From NCBI GenBank assembly GCA_023267855.1, contig JALNLN010000003.1, forward strand, positions 19,452 through 83,451: a DNA stretch of 64,000 nucleotides, in the 5' to 3' direction. A model generated the notes under the pieces. It was not told the origin of the DNA and searched no databases. It saw nothing but the letters and a program-made list of their open reading frames with translations. Below are positions 31,081-40,526 of this stretch, piece by piece (within the stretch, counting starts at the first letter, position 1; each line of letters opens with the position of its first letter). Both the position numbers and the translations under genes were made by a program. Origin of the DNA: Candidatus Geocrenenecus dongiae (GTDB taxonomy: Archaea > Thermoproteota > Nitrososphaeria_A > Caldarchaeales > Wolframiiraptoraceae).

Positions 31081-32043
31081 ATGGTCTGTAGGGTAGGAGT
31101 AATTTATGGTGAGGAAGCCTTACTATATTCCTTCCCGCCACCTCATCCATTTAGATCTGATAGGGTTGAGAGATTTTATAGAGATGTTTTAGGAAAGTTT
31201 ATAGAAGAGTATAGAGAGAAGTTGGTTCTTGTTAAACCTGAGTTTCCGCTAGAAGATGAACTGCTATTATATCATGATAGAGATTATGTTGAGTATGTTA
31301 AGAAGAAGTCTGAGAGTGGTTATGGATACCTAGATTATGGGGACACACCTGCATTCAAAGGATGTTATGAAGCTTCACTATACGTTGTTGGATCAACACT
31401 AAAACTCATAAAAAAGATACTTTCTAAAGAGATTATACACGGTTTTAATCCCGTGGGAGGACTACATCATGCGAGGAGAGATGGAGCTGCAGGTTTCTGT
31501 ATTTTTAATGATATAGGTGTAGCTATAAGCTATCTGCTCGGAGTTGTGAAGTTTAAGCAGATTCTGTACGTTGATATAGATGCTCATCATGGCGATGGGG
31601 TCTTCTACGATTTCTACTATGATAAAAACGTGATAATAGTTGACATACATCAAGATGGTAGAACACTTTATCCTGGTACAGGTTTTAGACATGAAACAGG
31701 TGGAGGAGAAGCTGTAGGAACCAAGCTTAACATACCTTTACCACCAGGAGCGGGAGATGGAGAATTCATTGAAGCTTGGGATGAAGCTTTATCATTTATA
31801 GATAAGTTTAGCCCAGATTTCATTATATTACAAGCTGGTGCAGATGGTCTTAAAGAAGACCCGCTCACTGGTTTAAGATATTCTGAGAAAGTTCATGAAA
31901 TCGTTACATCCAGCCTCCACAAATTATCTGAAGAAGAGTGTGAAGGAAGACTTCTAGTTTTGGGTGGTGGAGGTTACAATAGAGATAATATTGTTAAAGC
32001 TTGGTTTAAAGTCCTCTACAACCTACTCAACCTATCTAGATGA
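31081..32043 (+). CDS. Histone deacetylase / acetoin utilisation AcuC-family deacetylase.
   Basis: DIDAHHGDGV zinc-site motif, GFCIFND; 320 aa. Confidence 0.75.
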   Translation: MVCRVGVIYGEEALLYSFPPPHPFRSDRVERFYRDVLGKFIEEYREKLVLVKPEFPLEDELLLYHDRDYVEYVKKKSESGYGYLDYGDTPAFKGCYEASLYVVGSTLKLIKKILSKEIIHGFNPVGGLHHARRDGAAGFCIFNDIGVAISYLLGVVKFKQILYVDIDAHHGDGVFYDFYYDKNVIIVDIHQDGRTLYPGTGFRHETGGGEAVGTKLNIPLPPGAGDGEFIEAWDEALSFIDKFSPDFIILQAGADGLKEDPLTGLRYSEKVHEIVTSSLHKLSEEECEGRLLVLGGGGYNRDNIVKAWFKVLYNLLNLSR

Positions 32044-32062
32044 TTCAGGGCTTATCCTTTTA

Positions 32063-32479
32063 TTATTCTACCTTAATTTTTACACCTTTCATCTTCTTTC
32101 TAGCAATAATTTCTAGTACACCTTCTTTATATCTAGCTTTAACATTTTCTTGATCTATCTCGACAGGCAATCTTATGTGTAGAATGTATTTTCCTTCTCC
32201 AATCTTCCTAACAGGTGAGCGGCATGGTGCTTCTATCTTTACGTAATCTTCACCAACTGTTATATCTATTTCTTCTTTACTAGTTCCAGGCATATCTGCA
32301 GTTATTATCAATTCATCTCCAGATTCATATACATTGTATAGTGGAGTTATGCACCCTCTCATGACCTCCACTCCTTTAAGTTTTATGTAGAATTCTTCTT
32401 CCATACTTCTTAATTCTTGTTCAATTCTTCTAAACTCATCTAGTATGTATTTCCAGAGGGATCTTCTGGAAGACATCAC
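32063..32479 (-). CDS. hsp20: Small heat shock protein (Hsp20/alpha-crystallin family).
   Basis: 138 aa; ACD with LIITADMPG and an IxI-like C-terminus. Confidence 0.75.
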   Translation of the reverse strand: MMSSRRSLWKYILDEFRRIEQELRSMEEEFYIKLKGVEVMRGCITPLYNVYESGDELIITADMPGTSKEEIDITVGEDYVKIEAPCRSPVRKIGEGKYILHIRLPVEIDQENVKARYKEGVLEIIARKKMKGVKIKVE

Positions 32480-32487
32480 ACCACCTC

Positions 32488-33252
32488 CTACAAGTAGACT
32501 GCTGGAAGCTCTAGTTCTCTAGATTTCTGAACATCTTGCATAGCTTGAGCCGTCCTTCTCATCAAATCTCTTAAACGTAGTTTTAATTCTTCTGCACTCT
32601 CGAGTAGAGGACTAACATCAAGAGTTATCGAGAAGAGTTTTGAAAGGTAGATGAGTACTTGAGCAGCTGATCCAGGGTCTGGGTAATTGAAGTGGGCTTG
32701 AGAAAGTACTAGTAGCGCATCGAAGTTTCTTCTAAAACTTTCTTTAACAATCATGCCTTTAATCCCAGCTATATAGCCATCTGTAAACTTTTCTACTCCT
32801 TCTACTTTCAAAGCTTCTTCAAGTACACGTTTAGTACTTCCAAGCACATATACTTTCGGTATATCTATGTTTAGTCTCGCAGGTTCAGGCATACCCGTTA
32901 AACTTACAATCATTCTAGCTTTCTTAGAGATAGCCCATTCTATAATCTTCTGACTTAGAGGTTTAATTAATGTTAGAGGTATAGGGATCTCTGAGATGAA
33001 TGCCATTAAGTTCCCCTTTCTATATATTCTGATTAGATCAAGTATCTTACCATTCCTTACAGATACTATAGGCGGTAGTTCATCTGATTCTACATACCCA
33101 ACCTCCACCATTTCCAATTTTTCCGCTAAATATGAAGTAGCTATAGTTCCAACAAGTCCAACGTCTGGAAAACCTTCTATCACTATAAAATCTTCACCTA
33201 CAATAGGTTCCAGCTCAACTATCTCAATAATCTCTCTAGACACCCCATCCAT
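32488..33252 (-). CDS. PAC2-family protein (proteasome assembly chaperone-like).
   Basis: 254 aa; N-terminal IVIEGFPDVGLVGTIA resembles the PAC2/COG1938 family. Confidence 0.45.
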   Translation of the reverse strand: MDGVSREIIEIVELEPIVGEDFIVIEGFPDVGLVGTIATSYLAEKLEMVEVGYVESDELPPIVSVRNGKILDLIRIYRKGNLMAFISEIPIPLTLIKPLSQKIIEWAISKKARMIVSLTGMPEPARLNIDIPKVYVLGSTKRVLEEALKVEGVEKFTDGYIAGIKGMIVKESFRRNFDALLVLSQAHFNYPDPGSAAQVLIYLSKLFSITLDVSPLLESAEELKLRLRDLMRRTAQAMQDVQKSRELELPAVYL

Positions 33253-33313
33253 ACCTAACTAATGGATAATTTAACTCGTAAATAAATGTATAAGTGTGGT
33301 TTTAGGTTTCACG

Positions 33314-34669
33314 TTATTCTGGTGGTGGAAGTATGAAACCTTCTTTCATGAGGAGTTTAACCATTTCTCTAGCAGCTCTTATTTTTTCATAAGCCATCTC
33401 TAATAATTCATCTCTACTATATTTTACTCTGGCTACACCTTGTTCCATAGCTTTCATACCAACAGCTGCAGCTTCACGTGGATATACTTCCCAATCTTCC
33501 ATAGTAGGGATAATGTAATCTTCACTTAACCCTTTTTCTTCAGCAACTTTTGCAAGTTCATTAGCTGCAGCAAGACACATCTCATCAGTAATAGTTCTAG
33601 CTCTAACATCTAGAGCTCCTCTAAATATTCCTGGGAATCCTAGAGAGTTATTAACCTGGTTTGGAAAATCAGATCTACCTGTCGCTACTATTCTTGCTCC
33701 AGCTTCTTTTGCCTCCCAAGGCCATATCTCAGGTATAGGGTTAGCGCATGCGAAGACTATAGCATTATCCGCCATCTGTTCAACCCATTCTTTCTTAATA
33801 ACTCCAGGACCAGGTTTAGACATAGCTATTACTACATCAGCGCCTTTAAGTGATTCAGGTATTCCTCCTGTAACTCTATCTTTATTAGTCTTTATGGCCA
33901 TCTCATATTTCCACGGATCACTAAACTGTAACTTATCTACGTCATCTCTCTCAGCATAAAGTATACCTCTAGAATCAACCATTCTAATCTTTCCAGGGTC
34001 TACACCTGCAGCTATCATCAATCTGGCTATAGCTATATTCGCAGCACCAGCACCAATCATAGCTATTACAACATCATTTATCTTTTTACCAACTACTTTT
34101 AATGCGTTTATGAGAGCAGCAGTAGTAACGGTGGCTGTTCCCTGTTGATCATCATGCCAGACAGGTATATTCATCTGTTTTCTGAGAGTTTCAAGTATAT
34201 AGAAACATTTAGGCTTCTCTATATCTTCGAGATTTATCCCACCGAAACTCGGTTCTAATGCTTTAACAACTTTAATTATTTCATCGGCTTCTCTAACATT
34301 TAAGACTAGTGGTATTGCATCTACTCCTCCAAGATACTTAAAAAGTAGTGCTTTTCCCTCCATAACTGGTAGACCTGCTTCTGGACCAATGTCTCCTAAC
34401 CCAAGTATTCTTGTACCATCGCTTATAACGGCTATAGTGTTTCCCCGGTTAGTGTGTTCAAAAACTTGCTCAGGGTCTTTATGTATAAGCTTACATGGTT
34501 CAGCTACACCTGGAGTATACCAAATAGCAAAATCATCATAACTTCTGACCGGAACCTTTAGAGTCATCTGAACCTTGCCTTTATAGAATGGATGATATTT
34601 TAGAGCTAATTGAGCTGGTAAAAACGCTTTCTTTAAAGCTTCTTCAGATTGCAATAAAAATACCCCCAT
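33314..34669 (-). CDS. NAD(P)-dependent malic enzyme.
   Basis: VISDGTRILGLGDIGPEAGLPVMEGKALLF and Rossmann GAGAANIAIARL; 451 aa. Confidence 0.8.
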   Translation of the reverse strand: MGVFLLQSEEALKKAFLPAQLALKYHPFYKGKVQMTLKVPVRSYDDFAIWYTPGVAEPCKLIHKDPEQVFEHTNRGNTIAVISDGTRILGLGDIGPEAGLPVMEGKALLFKYLGGVDAIPLVLNVREADEIIKVVKALEPSFGGINLEDIEKPKCFYILETLRKQMNIPVWHDDQQGTATVTTAALINALKVVGKKINDVVIAMIGAGAANIAIARLMIAAGVDPGKIRMVDSRGILYAERDDVDKLQFSDPWKYEMAIKTNKDRVTGGIPESLKGADVVIAMSKPGPGVIKKEWVEQMADNAIVFACANPIPEIWPWEAKEAGARIVATGRSDFPNQVNNSLGFPGIFRGALDVRARTITDEMCLAAANELAKVAEEKGLSEDYIIPTMEDWEVYPREAAAVGMKAMEQGVARVKYSRDELLEMAYEKIRAAREMVKLLMKEGFILPPPE

Positions 34670-34770
34670 AGACTAGCTTACACCTATATCTTTTTGTTTC
34701 TTCTTCTTAAATGTTTCTGAATATGCTGTGATAACAAAATTTTTCTATTACTTCATATAGTAAATCTTTC

Positions 34771-36069
34771 TTGGAGATACCGATGGCTGGAAAAACTTCT
34801 AGAATTCCAGGCTTCTATAAATTATCTCTAGATGAAAGAGTTAAGATTGTTGCTGATTTTGCTAATCTGTCTGAAGAAGAAGTAGCTTTACTGAAGACTC
34901 ATATGGCTTTAGATATAAAGATTGCTGATAAAATGATAGAGAACGTTATCACTACGTATCAGCTACCTCTCGGAATAGCTGTAAACTTCCTGATAAATAA
35001 TCGAGACTACCTTATACCAATGGTTATAGAAGAACCATCTGTTGTTGCAGCTTCATCTAATGCTGCTAGAATGACTAGAGAAGGTGGAGGAGTATACACA
35101 TCAAGCACGGAACCGATAATGATAGGACAGATACAACTTGTAAAAGTTCCCAACCCGAGCACAGCTAGATTTGAGATACTTAGGAGGAAAGACGAGATAC
35201 TGGAGATTGCAAATCAATGTGATCCGGTTCTCGTAAAACTTGGAGGAGGAGCGAAAGATCTGGAAGTAAGAATTATCGAAACATGTCTCGGAACCATGCT
35301 CGTAGTACATTTGCTCGTAGATGTTAGAGATGCGATGGGTGCGAATGCTGTAAATACTATGGCTGAAGCTGTAGCTCCTAGACTCGCATCTATTTCTGGA
35401 GGTAGATTTAGATTAAGAATAATCTCAAATCTGGCCGATAGGAGAATCGTAAGAGCTTGGACAAAGATTCCCGTAGAAGCGGTTGGAGGTAGAGAAATAG
35501 CTGAAGGGATAATGGAGGCCTGGGCTTTCGCAGATGCAGACCCATATAGAGCAGCCACACATAACAAAGGAATTATGAATGGTATAGATGCAGTCGTTAT
35601 AGCTACTGGAAATGATTGGAGAGCTGTAGAAGCAGGTGCACATGCATACGCTGCACGTGATGGAAGATATAGACCTCTAAGTAGATGGGAGACAGATGGA
35701 GACTATCTATACGGTTCTCTAGAAATGCCTATAGCCGTAGGGATAGTTGGAGGAGCCACTAAAACACATCCACTAGCAAGACTCTCATTAAAGATTCTAG
35801 GTGTAAAGACAGCTCAAGAACTTGCAGAGATAATTGGAGCAGTAGGTCTTGTTCAGAATCTTGCAGCCCTTCGTGCTCTAGCTGCTGAAGGTATACAGGC
35901 AGGACACATGTCACTACATGCAAAAAATATAGCTGTTATGGCTGGAGCAGTGGGAGATGAAATAGATATAGTTGCCGAACAGATGGTGCGTGAGAAAACA
36001 ATAAGAGTAGATAGAGCTCAAGAAATACTGAAAGAACTAAGATCTAAAAAAGAGCAATCAAAAACATAA
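34771..36069 (+). CDS. hmgA: 3-hydroxy-3-methylglutaryl-CoA reductase (class I).
   Basis: DAMGANAVNTMAE, GNDWRAVEAGAHAYA, GTVGG-like motifs; 432 aa. Confidence 0.85.
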   Translation: MEIPMAGKTSRIPGFYKLSLDERVKIVADFANLSEEEVALLKTHMALDIKIADKMIENVITTYQLPLGIAVNFLINNRDYLIPMVIEEPSVVAASSNAARMTREGGGVYTSSTEPIMIGQIQLVKVPNPSTARFEILRRKDEILEIANQCDPVLVKLGGGAKDLEVRIIETCLGTMLVVHLLVDVRDAMGANAVNTMAEAVAPRLASISGGRFRLRIISNLADRRIVRAWTKIPVEAVGGREIAEGIMEAWAFADADPYRAATHNKGIMNGIDAVVIATGNDWRAVEAGAHAYAARDGRYRPLSRWETDGDYLYGSLEMPIAVGIVGGATKTHPLARLSLKILGVKTAQELAEIIGAVGLVQNLAALRALAAEGIQAGHMSLHAKNIAVMAGAVGDEIDIVAEQMVREKTIRVDRAQEILKELRSKKEQSKT

Positions 36070-36160
36070 ATTAGACGAAATTGTAGTCTACTGGTAATAC
36101 ATTTAGAAGACTGCATTTTCACTTTGCTCTAAAATATTTTTATGATGAAAGCTAATTGTA

Positions 36161-38398
36161 ATGGTAGAAATTTTGAGAGACAAAGAAGAAGTTGATAGCT
36201 TTCGGGACAGAGTTGATGGAGGGGTTCGAGAAGATTCTGTAGAAGATTTTTTATCTTCTAATCCTCTCATTGATTGGAGTAGAGTTGAGTATAGAAAGTA
36301 TCAGATCGATATAGCTAGATCTTCAATAGATAAGAATACACTCGTGATTCTACCTACAGCTTTAGGGAAGACTATGATAGCTGTTTATGTTTCAGCCCAC
36401 TATCTCTACATGTATCCTGGTAAGAAAATACTTGTACTCGCTCCAACAAAACCACTTGTAAACCAGTTGAAAGAAAAGTTTAGTTCGATTCTGAGAATTG
36501 AGAAAAATTCTACTGTGGTCTTAACAGGAGAACTAAATCCAGAAGATAGAATGAATTTGTGGATAAGTAGAAATGTTAGGATATTCTTCGCTACACCTGA
36601 AGTTGTTAAGAACGATCTAGAGAGAGGGTTAAGCTTAGAAGATTTCAGCCTAGTAATATTTGATGAAGCTCATAGAGCTAGAGGAGAATACTCGTACACA
36701 AAGATCGCTCAAGCCTACTTCTCCCATACAAGTAAACCGAGGATACTAGCATTAACTGCTTCTCCAGGTGCAGACAAGGAGAAGGTTAGAGAGATAGTTG
36801 AAAAACTACGTATAGAGAATGTAGAGTATCGTTCTGAGTATGATGAAGATGTCGTAGAGTATGTACATGGTGTAGAGATGGAAGTTAAGTGGGTGGAGTT
36901 CTCAGAAAACTACAAGAAATATCTTAGAATCCTCAAAGAAAGTCTTCATGAATATCTCTCTAGGTTAAGTGAGTTCTATAGATTAGAGAAAGATATAGAG
37001 AAAATATCCAAGAAGGATCTCGTAAAGATTGGAGAAGAAATATCGAGTAAACTTAAATCAAGAGAAACTAAGCATAAAGGATATCTGTGGAATGCACTTA
37101 TACTTCAAAGTATTTCTCTCATAATCTACCATATGATAGAGCTACTCACGTCTCAAGGGACATACACTCTCAAAAGATTCTTAGAAGATATTGATAAAGA
37201 AAATAGACAAGCTTACAAGAAGCTGAATAACGATAAGAGATTCAGGATTTTACTGGAATCTCTCAAAGAAAACCTAGAAGATCATCCAAAGCTTAAGATA
37301 CTTCTAGACGAATTAGAGAGAGAACTCAAAAATAATTCTTCATCTAGGATTATAGTTTTTACCCAGTATAGGGATACTACTGAATACTTAATGAAAATTC
37401 TTAGAGAGAAAAATATGAGAGCACACATATTCATTGGTCATAGAAGTGGCAGCTCGCTCCACATGTCTCAAAAACAACAACTCGAAATATTGAAGATGTT
37501 TAGAGAAGGATTCATACAAGTATTGATAGCAACATCTATAGGAGAAGAAGGAATAGATATACCTCAATGTAATCTCGTAATATTCTATGAGCCAATACCA
37601 TCTGAGATACGTTTCATTCAAAGAAAAGGAAGAACGGGAAGAATAAAGCCAGGCAGGTGTTTAATCTTAGTTACGAGAGGAACGATTGAAGAAGCATATT
37701 TGAGAAAAGCTTTTAGAAAAATCAAGAATCTAAGAAGGACTGTAAAGGAACTGAGCAATGAATTGAAACATGATAGGATCATCAACTATATGGAGGATAA
37801 CATGGAAGAACTTAAAGAATTAGAGAAAAATAAGCAGAGAAGTTTTGTTAAAGGAAAAGTGGGATGTGAAGGAGATGCATCTATAGGGGGGAGAGGTCAA
37901 ACACTATCTCTAGATAGTTTTTTAAAAGAGAAATCTATTCAACATCAACATGTGAGTTTAGGTAAATTGGCTAAAAAATTATATGAGATTGTTCTAACAT
38001 ATGGTGAGAAAGGTGTTAACAGTGATTTCTTGATAGAAGAATTGAAGAATTGTGGGTATGAAGAGAAACATGTTAAGAAAGTGTTGAGAAGATTGCTTAA
38101 AGCTAAGAAGCTGCACAAGGAGCATGGGCTAATCTTTCCATTCGTTAAGCTCAAGTATGAGAAATCTAGGCTTGCTGGAGAAGATAGTTTAAGAAAGTAT
38201 AAGATATTTGTAGAGAAGATTCTCCAAGGAAGGGCTGTGGTTATAGTTAATGATAAGTGGAGGGCTGTAGTATCTAGCGAGATGAATGATGAGATGATAC
38301 CTTTAAAGAAAGGTTCGGAATACATAATTGTAGGAAGACTACTGCAGGTAAATGGAAAGTTACACCTACGTCTCTATGGGATTCTCAGAAAACTATAA
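36161..38398 (+). CDS. Hef/FANCM/Mph1-like SF2 DEAH helicase with a ~260-aa C-terminal region of unknown function; no ERCC4 nuclease domain.
   Basis: Motif I LVILPTALGKTMIA, motif II IFDEAHRARG, an inserted helical domain, motif VI QRKGRTGR. The C-terminal region has wHTH-like segments. Confidence 0.6.
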   Translation: MVEILRDKEEVDSFRDRVDGGVREDSVEDFLSSNPLIDWSRVEYRKYQIDIARSSIDKNTLVILPTALGKTMIAVYVSAHYLYMYPGKKILVLAPTKPLVNQLKEKFSSILRIEKNSTVVLTGELNPEDRMNLWISRNVRIFFATPEVVKNDLERGLSLEDFSLVIFDEAHRARGEYSYTKIAQAYFSHTSKPRILALTASPGADKEKVREIVEKLRIENVEYRSEYDEDVVEYVHGVEMEVKWVEFSENYKKYLRILKESLHEYLSRLSEFYRLEKDIEKISKKDLVKIGEEISSKLKSRETKHKGYLWNALILQSISLIIYHMIELLTSQGTYTLKRFLEDIDKENRQAYKKLNNDKRFRILLESLKENLEDHPKLKILLDELERELKNNSSSRIIVFTQYRDTTEYLMKILREKNMRAHIFIGHRSGSSLHMSQKQQLEILKMFREGFIQVLIATSIGEEGIDIPQCNLVIFYEPIPSEIRFIQRKGRTGRIKPGRCLILVTRGTIEEAYLRKAFRKIKNLRRTVKELSNELKHDRIINYMEDNMEELKELEKNKQRSFVKGKVGCEGDASIGGRGQTLSLDSFLKEKSIQHQHVSLGKLAKKLYEIVLTYGEKGVNSDFLIEELKNCGYEEKHVKKVLRRLLKAKKLHKEHGLIFPFVKLKYEKSRLAGEDSLRKYKIFVEKILQGRAVVIVNDKWRAVVSSEMNDEMIPLKKGSEYIIVGRLLQVNGKLHLRLYGILRKL

Positions 38399-38479
38399 TC
38401 AGAAAACGTAAATCTATACATAGCAAAAACTAATCTTATCCTATGGTAATCTGAATATAATTGGATTGGTGTAGGAGAT

Positions 38480-38776
38480 TTGAGTTATCGTAAGGGTAGA
38501 AGATTTGAGTGGCAGGTTAGAACGCTTTTCGAAGAAAATGGGTGGGTAGTTCTTAGAACTGCTAGAAGTAAACCTGTAGATCTGGTAGCATTAAAGAATG
38601 GCAACGTTCTTCTAATAGAATGTAAGTACGGCTCAAGATTAAGAATTAGAGAGAAGTCTAAGTTAATAGAACTTGCAGAAATTGCTGGTGGGCAACCAAT
38701 ACTAGCATTCAGAGAAAAATATAAGCATAGAGTAATCTTGGTAAATTTAAAAACAGGAACATCATTTAACCTATGA
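38480..38776 (+). CDS. Small Hjc-like PD-(D/E)xK nuclease (archaeal Holliday-junction-resolvase fold).
   Basis: 98 aa; GRRFEWQVRTLFEENGWVVLRTARSKPVDLVALKNGNVLLIECKYG matches the Hjc core pattern (E...D...E-x-K). Confidence 0.5.
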   Translation: MSYRKGRRFEWQVRTLFEENGWVVLRTARSKPVDLVALKNGNVLLIECKYGSRLRIREKSKLIELAEIAGGQPILAFREKYKHRVILVNLKTGTSFNL

Positions 38777-38830
38777 ACCCCACAACATAAAAGGTAAATA
38801 TCTTGAAGAAAAATTATTGTTGGTTAGAGG

Positions 38831-39409
38831 TTGAAGATTAGTTTAGAGAAGAAGGGTATTAGGGTGCTGGGTATAGCTGAGAGTTTCAAGAAGGAAGTAT
38901 GCAGGTATGCCGTGTTAGTGGGTGTTGTCATGAGGAGTGATTTGATAGTGGATGGTGTAGTTGTGGGGAGATGTACAGTTGGAGGAATGGATTCAACAGA
39001 AGCAATAATAAACATGTATAAGATGCTTAATAGAACAGACATCTCAACAATAATGTTGAACGGATGCATTATAAGCTGGTTCAATGTCGTAGACTTAAAT
39101 AAGCTACACGTAGAAACAGGTTTGCCCGTAATAGCTTTAACATACTATCCATCAACAGGTCTAAGAGAATATTTTATGAAGTATTTTCCGGATAGTTGGG
39201 AAGAAAGACTCAGAGTTTATGAAGAAAATGGCTTAAGAGTGGAGATTAGGAATAAGAATGGTTTCAAGATTTACGTAAGAGCTGTAGGAATTGATATCGA
39301 GACGGCTACAAACCTGATAGATAAGTATACCCTGTTTGGAAAGATCCCTGAACCTCTTAGACTCGCAAAATTGATCGCCCACTCAATACTACTTGAGAAA
39401 ACCAGCTAG
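38831..39409 (+). CDS. UPF0215/DUF99-family protein (RNase H-like, endonuclease V-related fold).
   Basis: 192 aa; N-terminal GIRVLGIAESF...VLVGVVM and overall length are typical of DUF99. Confidence 0.45.
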   Translation: MKISLEKKGIRVLGIAESFKKEVCRYAVLVGVVMRSDLIVDGVVVGRCTVGGMDSTEAIINMYKMLNRTDISTIMLNGCIISWFNVVDLNKLHVETGLPVIALTYYPSTGLREYFMKYFPDSWEERLRVYEENGLRVEIRNKNGFKIYVRAVGIDIETATNLIDKYTLFGKIPEPLRLAKLIAHSILLEKTS

Positions 39410-39413
39410 AAAT

Positions 39414-40460
39414 CTAGAATTTCTTTAAACTTTCAGTATCAATCATACTATTTGGAGCAACGACATGCACGCTACTACCACCATCTATGTGAATAGAACC
39501 AGAAATTTCAGAATCTTCTCCAACTATAACGTTCTTTAAGATTGAGTTGCCCCTAATCCTACATCTCTCTAATACTACTGCATTCTCAACCACTACATTG
39601 CCTTCAACTATGACGTCATCCATTAAAAATGCGTTTGGACCTAGTGCAACTTCTCCAGAAATCCTTACATTCTTAGAAATCATTACAGGTGCTTTCAACA
39701 CGCATCTACAATCTAAATCAGATTTAGATAGAATACTGAAACCATACTCTTCAATAAACTTCTTTATGTTTACTTTCAAGTAGTCTAAAGGGGTGCCTAT
39801 ATCCATCCACCAATCTTTCTCCGAAACGTGTACAAGTATCTTCATACCTCTCTTAACCATGATGTTTAGTAGATCTGTCAATTCATACTCTCCCCTCTGA
39901 GAAGGCTTAACTTCTTCTACAATATCTAGAGAGATTCCTGGAAGCACATATAGCCCAGAGTTTACTATGCCGGGCCCTCCAATAGATTTCTCTTCAATCT
40001 TCTTTAATAACATGTCTTTATACTCTATTCTTCCGAAACGTATGGTATCTTGAACATAAACTCCCTCAACTACGCCATCGCAAACATTCTCTCTAAAGAA
40101 CTCTACTAAATCTTTAATTATGCTTGGATTCACCAATACGTCTCCATAAACTACGAGGAAGTAATCTTCATTCTTCAAGTATTCTCGACATGCTTTAAGA
40201 GCGTCTCCAGTCCCTCTTTCTCCTCTTTGATCTATCCAAGTGATTTCTCCTCCAAGATCAATCTTCGAGATCTCCTCGATCACCTTCTCCTTCATATAAG
40301 ATACTAGGATGCCGATTTCTCTAAAACCATTCAAGATTAAAGATTCTAGAATCCATAAGAGTAGAGGCTTACCTATAACTGGTAGGAGGTGTTTGGGTCT
40401 AGTATTTGTTAAAGGTCTAAGCCTCTTACCTAAACCTGCAGCAAAAACCACTACCTTCAA
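39414..40460 (-). CDS. Sugar-phosphate nucleotidyltransferase with a C-terminal hexapeptide-repeat domain.
   Basis: VVVFAAGLGKRLRPLTNTRPKHLLPV (G-x-G-x-R-L), YGDVL, C-terminal LbH repeats; 348 aa. Confidence 0.7.
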   Translation of the reverse strand: MKVVVFAAGLGKRLRPLTNTRPKHLLPVIGKPLLLWILESLILNGFREIGILVSYMKEKVIEEISKIDLGGEITWIDQRGERGTGDALKACREYLKNEDYFLVVYGDVLVNPSIIKDLVEFFRENVCDGVVEGVYVQDTIRFGRIEYKDMLLKKIEEKSIGGPGIVNSGLYVLPGISLDIVEEVKPSQRGEYELTDLLNIMVKRGMKILVHVSEKDWWMDIGTPLDYLKVNIKKFIEEYGFSILSKSDLDCRCVLKAPVMISKNVRISGEVALGPNAFLMDDVIVEGNVVVENAVVLERCRIRGNSILKNVIVGEDSEISGSIHIDGGSSVHVVAPNSMIDTESLKKF

Positions 40461-40526
40461 ACCAATACTAGAGTCATGGAAACCTGGATTTAAGCTAAAA
40501 TCTCACTATAAAATTCTAACATAGGG

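Noticed and set aside
36126-36160. ATGATGA (box C-like) immediately upstream of the helicase start, considered as a possible C/D box sRNA.
   Set aside because: No matching D box (CUGA) or C'/D' arrangement is within 40-70 nt. It is most simply part of the 5' leader or an alternative in-frame start context.
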